A stretch of DNA of 64,000 nucleotides from Minisyncoccota bacterium (lineage in GTDB: Bacteria; Patescibacteriota; Minisyncoccia; 2-02-FULL-40-12; IGHO2-01-FULL-4-A), in the NCBI GenBank assembly GCA_036517175.1, contig DATDXQ010000028.1, positions 2,113 through 66,112 of the forward strand. Direction: 5' to 3'. The notes below the pieces were generated by a model, which did not search any database, was not told the DNA's origin, and was given only the letters and a program-made list of their open reading frames with translations. Of the stretch, positions 10,078-19,982 are shown piece by piece (positions within the stretch are counted from its first letter, which is position 1; the number at the start of each line of letters is the position of its first letter). The translations under genes were made by a program, and so were the position numbers.

Positions 10078-10782
10078 ATGGACTCAGTGGCGATATTCGG
10101 AGCCAATGGTTTCGTTGGCAAAAAAATATATGAGGGCTTGGTTGCAACAGGCAAATACACCGTAACTCCAGTTACGCGTGATAATTACCAAGAAAATGTT
10201 GGTAAGTTTTATAACATTATCATCAACTCGGCTATGCCCGGCGCAAGATTTTGGGCACAAAACAATCCTGACAAAGATTTTATAGAAACGGTACAAAAAA
10301 CGGCTAACTTGATTTACGGCTGCAAATTCGACAAATTTGTACAGATAAGTACTCTGTCTGCAAGATGCCAACTTGATACAATATACGGAAGACACAAGTT
10401 AGCTGCTGAAAAAATATCAGACTATGGTAGTAACCTAATCTTCAGACTCGGCGCTATGTTTGGCGACGGATTAAAAAAAGGTGTCTTGGTAGACATGCTA
10501 AAAGGCCAGAAGGTTTTTGTCAGCAAAGAAAGCCGTTATAATTTCTGTGATGTTGCCTTCATTGGCAGTTATATAGCCTCTCACTTGGATCTGGAGGGAA
10601 TAATTGAGATTGGCGCTTTCAACACAGTATGTCTGGCTGATATAGCAGAATACCTTAATACAGAGAGTCAGTTCAGTGGTCAAACCGAAATTCAGGAAAT
10701 TCAAAACCCAATCCAAGAAATGCCAGATGCAAAAAAGGTTTATGAATATTTAGATAAAGCAAAAAGTTACATCATTAAATAA
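10078..10782 (+). CDS. NAD(P)-dependent epimerase/reductase (short Rossmann protein).
   Basis: AIFGANGFVGKKIYEGL glycine-rich dinucleotide motif. Confidence 0.55.
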   Translation: MDSVAIFGANGFVGKKIYEGLVATGKYTVTPVTRDNYQENVGKFYNIIINSAMPGARFWAQNNPDKDFIETVQKTANLIYGCKFDKFVQISTLSARCQLDTIYGRHKLAAEKISDYGSNLIFRLGAMFGDGLKKGVLVDMLKGQKVFVSKESRYNFCDVAFIGSYIASHLDLEGIIEIGAFNTVCLADIAEYLNTESQFSGQTEIQEIQNPIQEMPDAKKVYEYLDKAKSYIIK

Positions 10783-10784
10783 AT

Positions 10785-12035
10785 ATGCAAACAGATAACA
10801 AAATCAAAAGCTGCCGATTCTGTGGGAACAAATCTCTAATCCCCTGCGTAGATCTTGGGGCACAATACCTGTCTTCCATTTTCCCTAAAGATTTAAATTA
10901 CAGAGGAACACTCCAAAAAAAGCACTTGGATTTAGTTATGTGCGAGAAAAAAGACAACACATGCGGAGTGCCCCAACTAGGACACTCCTTCGACATGTCC
11001 AGCATGTATGACGAGTATCCCTTCACGAGCTCCACAAACTCTTCCATGCCCAAGATTTTAAAAGATGTTCTTGATGACGCTCTGACACGCGTTGATCTTA
11101 AGGATGGCGACCTTGTCCTTGACATAGGAGGAAACGACGGCACCCTCCTATCCTTCTTAAAAGATAGGAACCTTGACTTGCTATGCATTGATGCAGCCAA
11201 AAATGTTAAACAGGTTTTTAGTTCCGATAGGTTCAAAATAATCACAGATTTTTTTAACGAGAGGGCCTATAAATCAGCTACACCCAAAAAGGCAAAACTG
11301 GTATTCAGCATTGCCATGTTTTATCACCTGTCTGATCCCGTACAGTTCTCTAAAGACATCGCCTCATGCATGAGTGATGATGGTATCTGGGTAATACAGA
11401 TGGCCTATCTCCCGGCCATGTTAAAAACAAACATGTACGACAATATCGTACATGAACATGCAGGATACTATGCCACCGACCACGTGCGTTGGGTAGTGGA
11501 AAAAGCTGGTCTGGAAATTTTTGACGTGTCTCTTAATGACGTTTATGGAGGCAGTTTCAGGTTATTTATAAAAAAGAAGGGAAACACATCGCATCCACAA
11601 ACAGAACGTTACTTCGAAGAGATTGAGAGGGAAAAGGCATCAGGAATTTATGATCAGATAACCTACGCCAATTTTACAAAGAGGATAGAAAAAACGCGTG
11701 ATGATTTAATCACCCTATGTAAAAAGATCAAATCACAAGGGAAAAAGATTTGGGTTTATGGCGCCTCAACTAAGGGCAATACAATTCTTCAATACTGCGG
11801 CATAGGCAATGACCTGATAGAAGCGGCCGCTGATTCAAATTCCTTTAAATTTAATAAATATATAATAGGTTCGGATATTCCCATTAAAAATGAGATGGAA
11901 CTGAGACTTGCCCAACCAGATTATTTACTAGCATTGCCATACAGTTTCCTTGCCGGCTTTATGAAACGAGAAAAAGAACTATTGGCCGCAGGAACCAAAT
12001 TCATAGTCCCCCTACCGGAAGTATCCATACCGTAA
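10785..12035 (+). CDS. SAM-dependent C-methyltransferase of the NDP-hexose C-methyltransferase type, with an N-terminal zinc ribbon.
   Basis: CRFCGNKS...C N-terminal zinc ribbon, then a class-I MTase core (LDIGGNDGTLL). Architecture as in TylCIII-like sugar C-methyltransferases. Confidence 0.65.
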   Translation: MQTDNKIKSCRFCGNKSLIPCVDLGAQYLSSIFPKDLNYRGTLQKKHLDLVMCEKKDNTCGVPQLGHSFDMSSMYDEYPFTSSTNSSMPKILKDVLDDALTRVDLKDGDLVLDIGGNDGTLLSFLKDRNLDLLCIDAAKNVKQVFSSDRFKIITDFFNERAYKSATPKKAKLVFSIAMFYHLSDPVQFSKDIASCMSDDGIWVIQMAYLPAMLKTNMYDNIVHEHAGYYATDHVRWVVEKAGLEIFDVSLNDVYGGSFRLFIKKKGNTSHPQTERYFEEIEREKASGIYDQITYANFTKRIEKTRDDLITLCKKIKSQGKKIWVYGASTKGNTILQYCGIGNDLIEAAADSNSFKFNKYIIGSDIPIKNEMELRLAQPDYLLALPYSFLAGFMKREKELLAAGTKFIVPLPEVSIP

Positions 12036-12107
12036 AATTAATTCGTGCTATTGCAAAAATTATAAAAAGTGTTACTATTTGAATGAATTTAGGAAAGAGT
12101 ACGGGAC

Positions 12108-12635
12108 ATGACTTCACACGTTGTGTATTGTCCGGCATATTGCCTGACCAAAGATGGTTCACGTCTAACCTCAATGAACCAGGACTGTACCGAAGCAGCC
12201 ATCAGAGAAATCTTGGCGGGAAGAGCAGACCATATCATATTTTCTACCGCGTACCCAAAAATCTGGGCAACAGAAGCGAGACTAAAAACGGAAATGGCAA
12301 AAAAGGAAGGAGTCAGTTCTTTTACCATAATCCCTGAAGTGACAAACACATACACCGAAACACAAGAAGCTTTGAAAATTATAAAGAAACTTGGATCGCC
12401 AACCCTTATCGTTGTAGCTGAAAAGTACCACATCAAACGCGTAGTTAAAATCTTCCACCAAGCGTTACCGGAAATTTCTATTATTCCGATACCGGTTCTC
12501 TGCAAGCACTTTGAGCAAGCGCTTGAGCCTTCGCTAATTAAAAGCATGAGGGCTGGATATAAACCCCTGTGGATTCTCTGGAACTATTTTTTTTACCTTT
12601 TAACACCCTTCCTGAGTCAAAATATAATAAGGTAA
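12108..12635 (+). CDS. DUF218/YdcF-like protein.
   Basis: 175 aa. Weak pattern similarity only. AGGAAAGAG upstream of the ATG. Confidence 0.4.
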   Translation: MTSHVVYCPAYCLTKDGSRLTSMNQDCTEAAIREILAGRADHIIFSTAYPKIWATEARLKTEMAKKEGVSSFTIIPEVTNTYTETQEALKIIKKLGSPTLIVVAEKYHIKRVVKIFHQALPEISIIPIPVLCKHFEQALEPSLIKSMRAGYKPLWILWNYFFYLLTPFLSQNIIR

Positions 12636-12694
12636 GTACTTTAAAAAATTAATACCCACCAAGCGGGTATTTTTGTTACAACGATTAAACACAA

Positions 12695-14122
12695 TTACTT
12701 CTTTTCGAACACAAAGTATAAATCTCTGTAAAGCTTGGTTTTAAGTTTATATTTTTTAAGAAACTCACGGCCAGAGTTCATTGATTTACTTGAAATTATT
12801 ACTTCGTCCGGGATACCAGAAGTCAAAAATTCTCTATCACCCAAATATCTATCCCCAGTTATGTGAAAAAACTGATAGTAGTTGTCACTCTGCAAAAAAG
12901 TCACGGCTTCGGCTGCCTCGTAAACAAATATAGACTTGTTTTTATCCAAATTACCAAGGTATTCTCGCAACTCCTTGGATCTAGTACTTTTGTAATCACC
13001 GGCGACCCAGGAACTGAACCCAATTTGATAAAATTGAAAAGCTATTATAACCGCAAAAATAATTGACCAGAAAAATTGCGGGGCCGCGCTTCTTAATAAC
13101 TTATTATTTACAAAATCATAAACCCTTGAAAAAGCGGATGGGGAAAAAATTAATGCCAGCACTTGGCCCGGGAAGAGATATCTATACCACCCAGGGGTTT
13201 TCAAGTAAGCAATCGCAATCAGTATCGCAAACAGAATGGCAACATTTTCCGCAAGTCCAATGGCTTGTTTCTTTCTAATCCTTAATAAATAAGAACAGAG
13301 CCAAAATAACATTGTTAATGCAAAATAACCTGGCGTCGTCTCTTTAAAAAATCTCTCCAAATTATTGGGTATAGCCGCTAAAATATCACCCAAGCCGGCA
13401 CTGTAATTATTTCCATAAAAAGACAAGACGCCAAAAACAGAATCTTTTTCTCCAAAGTAAGTTACAAAAAATAAAAGAACTAGAATCAAGAAAAATAGTC
13501 CAATAAAAAAGATATTATTACCAGTGAAATTAATTTTTTTTCTTCTGAGCCAGATGCAAATAAGGACAGCTGGAATAAGTAGAATAAATATAGGTTTTGT
13601 AACCACAACAAGACCACCAACAAGACCCAACAAAATACTTGGCACAATTTTTTTGTGACTTACTTCTTCAATTCGGTTCAACAACAACAAAAACAAAACC
13701 AAAAAAAACATACCGGGCACTTCACCCAGCACAAGCTTGCCATTACCATAAACAGGTGCAAAACTAGCGAGCAACAAAGTAGAAACAATGGCATGCTTAT
13801 AACCAAATAATCTATATATTAAAAAGAAAACCACCACCAGCAGCAACAATATAAAAACAACCATGGGAATTCTGGCTTGCAACAGTCCAACACCAAAAAA
13901 CTTAAACACCAAACCTATGGGATAGGTAACAGAGTACCCCGTTGTAACATACCCGGCAATCGACTCGTCTAACTCCCCCGGCGAAGATTGGACACCAAAG
14001 ACACCGAAATGCGCAAAGTTCCTGGCAACTTGCATAAAAAGCCCATCATCATACCAAGTACGTGGAGATTCAGTGAGTTTATAGGTGGAAATAAAAATAA
14101 CCACTAAAAGTATCGGAATCAA
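12695..14122 (-). CDS. Polytopic membrane glycosyltransferase, GT-C fold (ArnT / PMT-like).
   Basis: 475 aa with about 11 predicted TM helices. N-terminal loop DDGLFMQVARNF resembles the GT-C first loop with a DD/DE motif. TTG start as in the ORF track. Confidence 0.5.
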   Translation of the reverse strand: MIPILLVVIFISTYKLTESPRTWYDDGLFMQVARNFAHFGVFGVQSSPGELDESIAGYVTTGYSVTYPIGLVFKFFGVGLLQARIPMVVFILLLLVVVFFLIYRLFGYKHAIVSTLLLASFAPVYGNGKLVLGEVPGMFFLVLFLLLLNRIEEVSHKKIVPSILLGLVGGLVVVTKPIFILLIPAVLICIWLRRKKINFTGNNIFFIGLFFLILVLLFFVTYFGEKDSVFGVLSFYGNNYSAGLGDILAAIPNNLERFFKETTPGYFALTMLFWLCSYLLRIRKKQAIGLAENVAILFAILIAIAYLKTPGWYRYLFPGQVLALIFSPSAFSRVYDFVNNKLLRSAAPQFFWSIIFAVIIAFQFYQIGFSSWVAGDYKSTRSKELREYLGNLDKNKSIFVYEAAEAVTFLQSDNYYQFFHITGDRYLGDREFLTSGIPDEVIISSKSMNSGREFLKKYKLKTKLYRDLYFVFEKK

Positions 14123-14185
14123 AACTAGTAGTTTTTTATAGGGAGTAGATATCGTTGCATGTTTTGGTTGTAATGCCTTATAGCA

Positions 14186-14320
14186 CCGTCAAAAGGGTGG
14201 ATTGTCCCGATTCTGCTCTGCAGAATCGAGGATCCTCGATTTTCATGAATGAAAATCGGGACATGGTCATCGAGCAGTATAATTATTATTCACTGTGAGA
14301 TGAATCCACGCTTTTGACGG
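14186..14320. repeat. Nested palindromic element in the intergenic region.
   Basis: Outer 18-bp inverted repeat CCGTCAAAAGGGTGGATT / AATCCACGCTTTTGACGG with 1 mismatch. Inner 9-bp inverted repeat GTCCCGATT / AATCGGGAC. Internal perfect palindromes AATCGAGGATCCTCGATT and TCTGCAGA. Confidence 0.6.
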
Positions 14321-14379
14321 AATGCAGCAACTTCGCTGGAGTTGCAAATGGTGATAGAAGGCATTACACCAAAAACTTT

Positions 14380-15792
14380 TTATATGAATTTTATTTTTTT
14401 CATTGCAAAAGCAACCATTCTCAACAAAAGCCAACCGTGCTTCCAACGACTTATGTTTGTCGTACCATAGGTCCTCTCCCTGTAATGAACCGGCAAATCA
14501 ACTATTTTTAAATTAAGCTTAGCTGCCCCAAAAATCAGATCAAAGTCTCCGAAAGGATCAAAGTCTCCAAAGAATTTGCGGCCATTTTTTATATCTTCAT
14601 AATCAGTTCGCCACAAAACCTTAGTACCACAAAGGGTATCCTTAATCTTCTGCCCCAAAAGCCAACTAAACGCAAAACCAAAAAACTTGTTGCCCAAATA
14701 ATTAAGGAAGCGCATTGACTCTTTTTCCATAGGATAAACCAGCCTTGATCCGTTTATGAATTCTCCACGTCCAGTCACGATCGCATCATAAAATTTGTGC
14801 AATTCATGAGGGGGCACAGTCATATCAGCGTCATAAATCATTAATATATCGTTGCTCGCCATATCAAAACCCTTCCTAACAGCGTCACCCTTTCCCCTTC
14901 CATCCTGGACGGCAAACTTGATATTTTTTGATCCCCTATATTTGGCGACAGAAATTTTTATTTTTTCAAGAGTACCGTCTGATGAACCACCCTCAACAAA
15001 AATAAGTTCTGTTCTACTCCCAAGATCAGGTAATTCTTTGATTATTTTGTCTATCATGCCAGCCTCATTTCTTGCGGCAACAACAATCGAAACCGATGGC
15101 GCGGTCTCAAAATTATTACGCAGAGGAACAGGCCTTGCAACCAAATAGTTTATTAAACCCAACTTGTTGAAAGGCCAGATATTTCCTAAAAAATTGTTCA
15201 GAAGATCGGAAACAAAAGGTATTCTCTTGGGCATTATCATTTTTTTCCCTTTCTTTATTATCTCAAAACCAGATAAATAAAATAGGTTTTCTATATCATT
15301 TTCTGATATCCAATTCTGGAGTTTCGAGGGCATTCTGACTCCAAGCTTGGAGCCAATATTCAAAATCGGCTCCCAAATCTGACTATATTGTGTTACCACT
15401 ATTTTACTGCGTGGATAAACAACCGTGTGCAGTTTATTAAAAAGATCCTGTACATCATCCAAATAACCAACTAGGTCTGACATAACTATAAAATCAAATT
15501 TTTCCGCAATATGTTCAATTGCCACAGAACTAAATTCAAGTGGAGAATTGGGGTATTTTTGAGACGCCAACCTAACCATGACTTCACTAATGTCACTGCC
15601 CAAACCCCTGGATGGTATGAGTTTGGCGATAAGGTCTCCGATGCCACAACCTATCTCCAAAACCCTTTTGCCCGAAGGAATCAAAAATGGCAGAAGTTTG
15701 TCTTCTACATATCCATAATAATAACTATTCTTTTTTTTCCAGTATTCTCGTTTAGGAGCTACCTGATCAAAATATTCTTTAATTTTAGGCAT
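14380..15792 (-). CDS. Bifunctional class-I SAM methyltransferase plus family-2 glycosyltransferase fusion.
   Basis: N-terminal VLEIGCGIGDLIAKL (MTase motif I). C-terminal VSIVVAARNEAGMIDKII...DADMTV (GT2 DxD). Confidence 0.65.
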   Translation of the reverse strand: MPKIKEYFDQVAPKREYWKKKNSYYYGYVEDKLLPFLIPSGKRVLEIGCGIGDLIAKLIPSRGLGSDISEVMVRLASQKYPNSPLEFSSVAIEHIAEKFDFIVMSDLVGYLDDVQDLFNKLHTVVYPRSKIVVTQYSQIWEPILNIGSKLGVRMPSKLQNWISENDIENLFYLSGFEIIKKGKKMIMPKRIPFVSDLLNNFLGNIWPFNKLGLINYLVARPVPLRNNFETAPSVSIVVAARNEAGMIDKIIKELPDLGSRTELIFVEGGSSDGTLEKIKISVAKYRGSKNIKFAVQDGRGKGDAVRKGFDMASNDILMIYDADMTVPPHELHKFYDAIVTGRGEFINGSRLVYPMEKESMRFLNYLGNKFFGFAFSWLLGQKIKDTLCGTKVLWRTDYEDIKNGRKFFGDFDPFGDFDLIFGAAKLNLKIVDLPVHYRERTYGTTNISRWKHGWLLLRMVAFAMKKIKFI

Positions 15793-15807
15793 CTTTATTA
15801 TAATTGG

Positions 15808-17481
15808 TTAATTATTTTTATTCTGACAATCATAAATCTTTGCTGAAATTTTGACAGAATAATCTTCATAAATAACATCGCAAGTTAAAAAGTGTTCGAA
15901 GTAAGGGCTGCTCGGGCTAAGGTGGGGAATATCAATAACTAGGTAGTGGCCATTAAAGTTCTTCAAAATCTCCGTGTATGCTCTTTCAAACTTTGGGGCA
16001 GCATAAAGTCTTCGCTCATACTTACCGATGTTTGTAAGCTCATACGCCCCAATATCGTTGTAAGATATGACCTTATGTATCCTGTCTTCCCTCTCTATGA
16101 AATTAACCGCGTTTTTAAGTAGCGCATTTGGGTTTCCGTTAATTTTACCAAACAAGTACTCCTCAGAAAAAACCACGCTATAAGCCAATCCCACAAGCAA
16201 GATAACGCATGCGACCAACCTCATCAATCCCCTCCTAAACAGCGAGACAATTACCAATAATATAGACACTGCCCACGTTGTGGCAATAAATAACCAAGAG
16301 ACATAAAAGCCAAGAGGACCAGAACCACCCGTAAAAGGAAAAACAAAATTCCACCTTAACTTAATGATACGTCCAATCCACTCTTCCTTTGGATACAGGG
16401 CCGGAGCAAAGTGAGGAATAAACTGTAGCACCGAAATAATGAACGCCACCACTAACCCAAAAAAGACGAGTTCACCCAACCGAGTCAGTGACCTGGAATC
16501 TTTCTCTCCAAAAATACCAGACATGAGCGTACCTGATATTATTGAGAGCGGTACAATTATGTAAGCAAGGTATTTATCCAGCGCGGATCTGGAAAAATCA
16601 AAAACAACTAAATAGAAAACTCCGCCCAATAACAAAAATATCCACAATACCCTGAACCTTTTCCAATCGCTCCTGGACAACCAAAACAGCGGCACCAACA
16701 AAAGAGGAGAAGCGTACATAACTGCTTTGGCAACCTGTATCGCTATCTGGAGGTAAGCTCTGCCAGACAATTTAATAAAATCTTTGACGTGATTAATCGT
16801 CATCGTCAAATCATAGGATTTAAAAAAGAACTTGGCGTTCAACAAAATAACACCCAATAAAACAATAAGGCCGAGAGCGGCACCTAAATACTTGAACATC
16901 AGTTTTCTATTCACCGGCCCGGTTTTTTTATCAATCAAAAAATCTATAATAAAAGCACCAACGGCAATAATATAGTTCAGCTTAGTCAAAAACCCCAGAG
17001 TGATCGCCAGAAGAAAAACCAGCCCCCAAATAATCCTTTTTTTGGTCACTTCGGCATCCTTCCAATTGAAGTATGATATAAGTGAGAGCAGGAAAAAAAA
17101 TGGCAAAACCTGACCATCCATTTCCGTCATCAAAGAACCAAGAACCGAATAAAATGATACTGAGAAAAAGACAGTAGACCAGACAGCCGCCTTTTCACCA
17201 AACCTCTTCCTCATGAAGTAAAAAATCAGGACCAGATTTGCTACGCCGAAAACCATTGGCATGGCACGAAAGTTATCCCTTCCGAATATTGATGCATCCA
17301 GAGCAAAAATCGCTCGTGTGAGAGGCGGATGCGGTGTTCCCGATGACCAAGAACTATAACCTACCACCGCCTTTCTTTCATCTTGATGGTAAGGTAAATG
17401 CAACCCTGGCAGCCTTAAGGCCAAAAACAAAAGAAAAAGACATAAAAGTATGATTTTTTGTTTCTTGAAAAAATTAAACAT
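15808..17481 (-). CDS. Polytopic membrane glycosyltransferase, GT-C fold (PMT_2 / ArnT-like; polyprenyl-phosphate sugar dependent).
   Basis: 557 aa with many TM helices. The N-terminal loop HQDERKA resembles the GT-C DE motif. Periplasmic C-terminal domain. Confidence 0.55.
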   Translation of the reverse strand: MFNFFKKQKIILLCLFLLFLALRLPGLHLPYHQDERKAVVGYSSWSSGTPHPPLTRAIFALDASIFGRDNFRAMPMVFGVANLVLIFYFMRKRFGEKAAVWSTVFFSVSFYSVLGSLMTEMDGQVLPFFFLLSLISYFNWKDAEVTKKRIIWGLVFLLAITLGFLTKLNYIIAVGAFIIDFLIDKKTGPVNRKLMFKYLGAALGLIVLLGVILLNAKFFFKSYDLTMTINHVKDFIKLSGRAYLQIAIQVAKAVMYASPLLLVPLFWLSRSDWKRFRVLWIFLLLGGVFYLVVFDFSRSALDKYLAYIIVPLSIISGTLMSGIFGEKDSRSLTRLGELVFFGLVVAFIISVLQFIPHFAPALYPKEEWIGRIIKLRWNFVFPFTGGSGPLGFYVSWLFIATTWAVSILLVIVSLFRRGLMRLVACVILLVGLAYSVVFSEEYLFGKINGNPNALLKNAVNFIEREDRIHKVISYNDIGAYELTNIGKYERRLYAAPKFERAYTEILKNFNGHYLVIDIPHLSPSSPYFEHFLTCDVIYEDYSVKISAKIYDCQNKNN

Positions 17482-17508
17482 GCAATAAGTGGTCCCGGAT
17501 TTTATGTT

Positions 17509-17916
17509 TCATCTTCTTCTTTTAAAAAATAAAAATGCTAAAAACGAACCCAGGATATCAATGACCAAATCTTTCAGAGTATCAAAAAGATTCCCCCCGC
17601 GAAATATACTGAAGTATGACGGCAGGATGCGAGTTGATGAATATTCGAAAACTTCCCATGCCACTCCTATAAGCAAAGAGGCTCCCAGCACAATTATTAT
17701 ATCGTTGGTCACCGAACGCTCTGCCGCAATCGCCCTGCGCAAAAAACTTACAAAAAACATTGCCACGAAAAAACCGCCAAAAAAATGGAGTGGGACATCA
17801 ATCCATGTCACATGCTTAAATATACCAGTGTAAACAATCAGCCATGTAAATAAAAATAAAAACACTAGAAAAATTAGTGCTTTTATTTCATTTTTTTTAG
17901 AATTAGTTATCGGCAT
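17509..17916 (-). CDS. Small integral membrane protein (possibly VanZ-like).
   Basis: 135 aa with 4 TM helices. Family unassigned. Confidence 0.35.
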   Translation of the reverse strand: MPITNSKKNEIKALIFLVFLFLFTWLIVYTGIFKHVTWIDVPLHFFGGFFVAMFFVSFLRRAIAAERSVTNDIIIVLGASLLIGVAWEVFEYSSTRILPSYFSIFRGGNLFDTLKDLVIDILGSFLAFLFFKRRR

Positions 17917-17919
17917 TTA

Positions 17920-19056
17920 TTAGAAATTTTTAATTATCTCTAAGTGTGCCCTAGTGACACGTTCCCAATTCTGACTTAGGTCAAATTTTCTTACAATATT
18001 TAAGGCATCACCATAAAAATCAACACTGAACATTTGTTCCATTTTTTCAATAAATTCTTTTTCATTTTGCGGATCAAAAAGAAACTCTTCTGGCAATTTT
18101 ACAGAAAGACCATTCTCACGACTTAGCAACACTGGCCTTCCAAGAGACAAACACTCTAATATAAAATTTGGATTGAATTCTGTAAGTGCTGGCCCCACAC
18201 CGAACCACGAAGATTGGATATATTCAAAAAGTTTCTCCTGACCAAGCTTGGGAATCACATCCACAGAGCTTGATAAGGAAAGTTCTTTTATCTTTTTTTC
18301 CAATTTATATTTGTCTGGACCCTCACCTATCATAACCAACCTACCACGCCTAGTTTTTTGTCTAACCTTATCAAAAACTCTAATCAATAGTTCTAGATTC
18401 TTATAGGCCACAAAGCGACCAGCAAACAAAACTGTGGGCTCTCCAGACCTCTCCACTCCAGAAGGTTCTCGATGGAAAACAGGATTCAAAATAATCCTAA
18501 CTCTCTTAGGGTCGATATTGTAATATTTCTCATAAATGTCGGACAGGAAACGTGAATAAAAAACAATCAGATCAAACTTGGGTAAGACATACTTAGTAAA
18601 TCGGAATAGCCACGGCCGATCTTTCACATAGAGACCTTGCTTATAGTAATTAACAAAGGAAACAAATCTGTCTCCCCTTTCAACCACTCTCTCCCAAATA
18701 GGATCGCCGGGTAAACGCATAATTATTTTTTTATGCAGCATCTTGCCAACAATAAAAACTGGAAACCCAGCAGTCGCAATATTAAAGGCGTAAAGCAAGC
18801 TTGCCTCATGAGATTCTTTTAAAACGACCACTAAGTATTTCAGTCGCCTGAGTAGGACCGGCAGCTTATTTGAAATTCTAATAACCTTGAATTGGAAATC
18901 ATTCGGACCATCATAATCTCCGTAAGCTATGACCACAGGCCTATAGCCAGACGTTTCAAGTGTCTCAGCTATCTTTCTCACATGTATTGCGGGACCCCCA
19001 ACATCAGGAAAAAATATTCCTGTAGCAAGAATAATTTTATTGGATTTTTTTGACAT
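17920..19056 (-). CDS. Glycosyltransferase family 4 (GT-B).
   Basis: GT4 N-terminal ILATGIFFPDVGG. C-terminal E-x7-E region. Confidence 0.75.
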   Translation of the reverse strand: MSKKSNKIILATGIFFPDVGGPAIHVRKIAETLETSGYRPVVIAYGDYDGPNDFQFKVIRISNKLPVLLRRLKYLVVVLKESHEASLLYAFNIATAGFPVFIVGKMLHKKIIMRLPGDPIWERVVERGDRFVSFVNYYKQGLYVKDRPWLFRFTKYVLPKFDLIVFYSRFLSDIYEKYYNIDPKRVRIILNPVFHREPSGVERSGEPTVLFAGRFVAYKNLELLIRVFDKVRQKTRRGRLVMIGEGPDKYKLEKKIKELSLSSSVDVIPKLGQEKLFEYIQSSWFGVGPALTEFNPNFILECLSLGRPVLLSRENGLSVKLPEEFLFDPQNEKEFIEKMEQMFSVDFYGDALNIVRKFDLSQNWERVTRAHLEIIKNF

Positions 19057-19079
19057 TTTGATTTATTATTGATATTACC

Positions 19080-19982
19080 ATGAAAAATAATAAAAATGTA
19101 GCCCTGATTGGAGTTGGCAGGTGGGGCAAAAACCTACTAAGAGAGTTCTCCAAAATAGCCAGTGTAGATTATTGTTATTACCAAGGCAATCAAAAAACCT
19201 CAGATTGGCTGGCGTCCAATTATCCAAATATAAAAAGGGTTGACTCATATGATGATATTTTAAAAAATCCGGTCATAGATGCCGTGGTAATTGCCACTCC
19301 CATCAGGACCCATTTTGAATTGGCCAAATTGGCACTGGGAGCCGGGAAAAATGTATTCGTAGAAAAACCAATTTCTGAAACACCAGAGCAGGCGCAAGAA
19401 CTTATAGATCTAGCGGACAAAAAAAAACTAATGCTTTTTGTAGGCTACACCTTCATATATCACCCTATTTTTCAAAAAATAAAAGATATAATTTCTGAGG
19501 AGGGTGCAGAATATATTAAAATGCAATGGGAAAAATTTGGACACTTCGGAGAAAACATAGAACTCAATCTCCTGTGTCATGAATTTTCTATAATTTATAG
19601 CCTTCTTGGCAGACCCTTAAAAATCACTGAGCTTAAACGCAGAAAAATTATAAGCGAGGCGGACATCATAAGCATACAAGCCAAATATCCCAAAACAACA
19701 GTCGACATAGACATAAATAGAGCTTCGCTGATTAAACGTAAAACGCTTTATCTTGTCACTGAGAAAAACACTTATCTCTGGGAAACAAGCACCTTATTTA
19801 AATTAGACCAGGGCTCAAAGGAGTTTGTTAAAATATTTGAATCTGCAGACACACCCCTTGAACTTGAGTGTATGGAATTCATCAAATGCCTTTCAGAATC
19901 AAAAAAGCCCAAGACAGATGGTGAGTTTGGTCTTGAAATAAACAATCTTCTCACCAAGATGGTCAAACTTAAAACATTTTAG
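19080..19982 (+). CDS. Gfo/Idh/MocA-family NAD(P)-dependent oxidoreductase.
   Basis: VALIGVGRWGKNLL Rossmann N-terminus and an EKP motif (VFVEKP). Confidence 0.7.
   Translation: MKNNKNVALIGVGRWGKNLLREFSKIASVDYCYYQGNQKTSDWLASNYPNIKRVDSYDDILKNPVIDAVVIATPIRTHFELAKLALGAGKNVFVEKPISETPEQAQELIDLADKKKLMLFVGYTFIYHPIFQKIKDIISEEGAEYIKMQWEKFGHFGENIELNLLCHEFSIIYSLLGRPLKITELKRRKIISEADIISIQAKYPKTTVDIDINRASLIKRKTLYLVTEKNTYLWETSTLFKLDQGSKEFVKIFESADTPLELECMEFIKCLSESKKPKTDGEFGLEINNLLTKMVKLKTF

Noticed and set aside
14186-14320. Calling the nested palindrome a MITE.
   Set aside because: I found no target-site duplication and only one copy in the window. I report it as an unexplained structured element. A genome-wide copy search is needed.
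19056-19080. Identical 23-bp spacing of two divergent GT4 gene pairs (19056/19080 and 28552/28576).
   Set aside because: The intergenic sequences are not similar to each other. The identical spacing is most likely coincidence and not a shared bidirectional control element.
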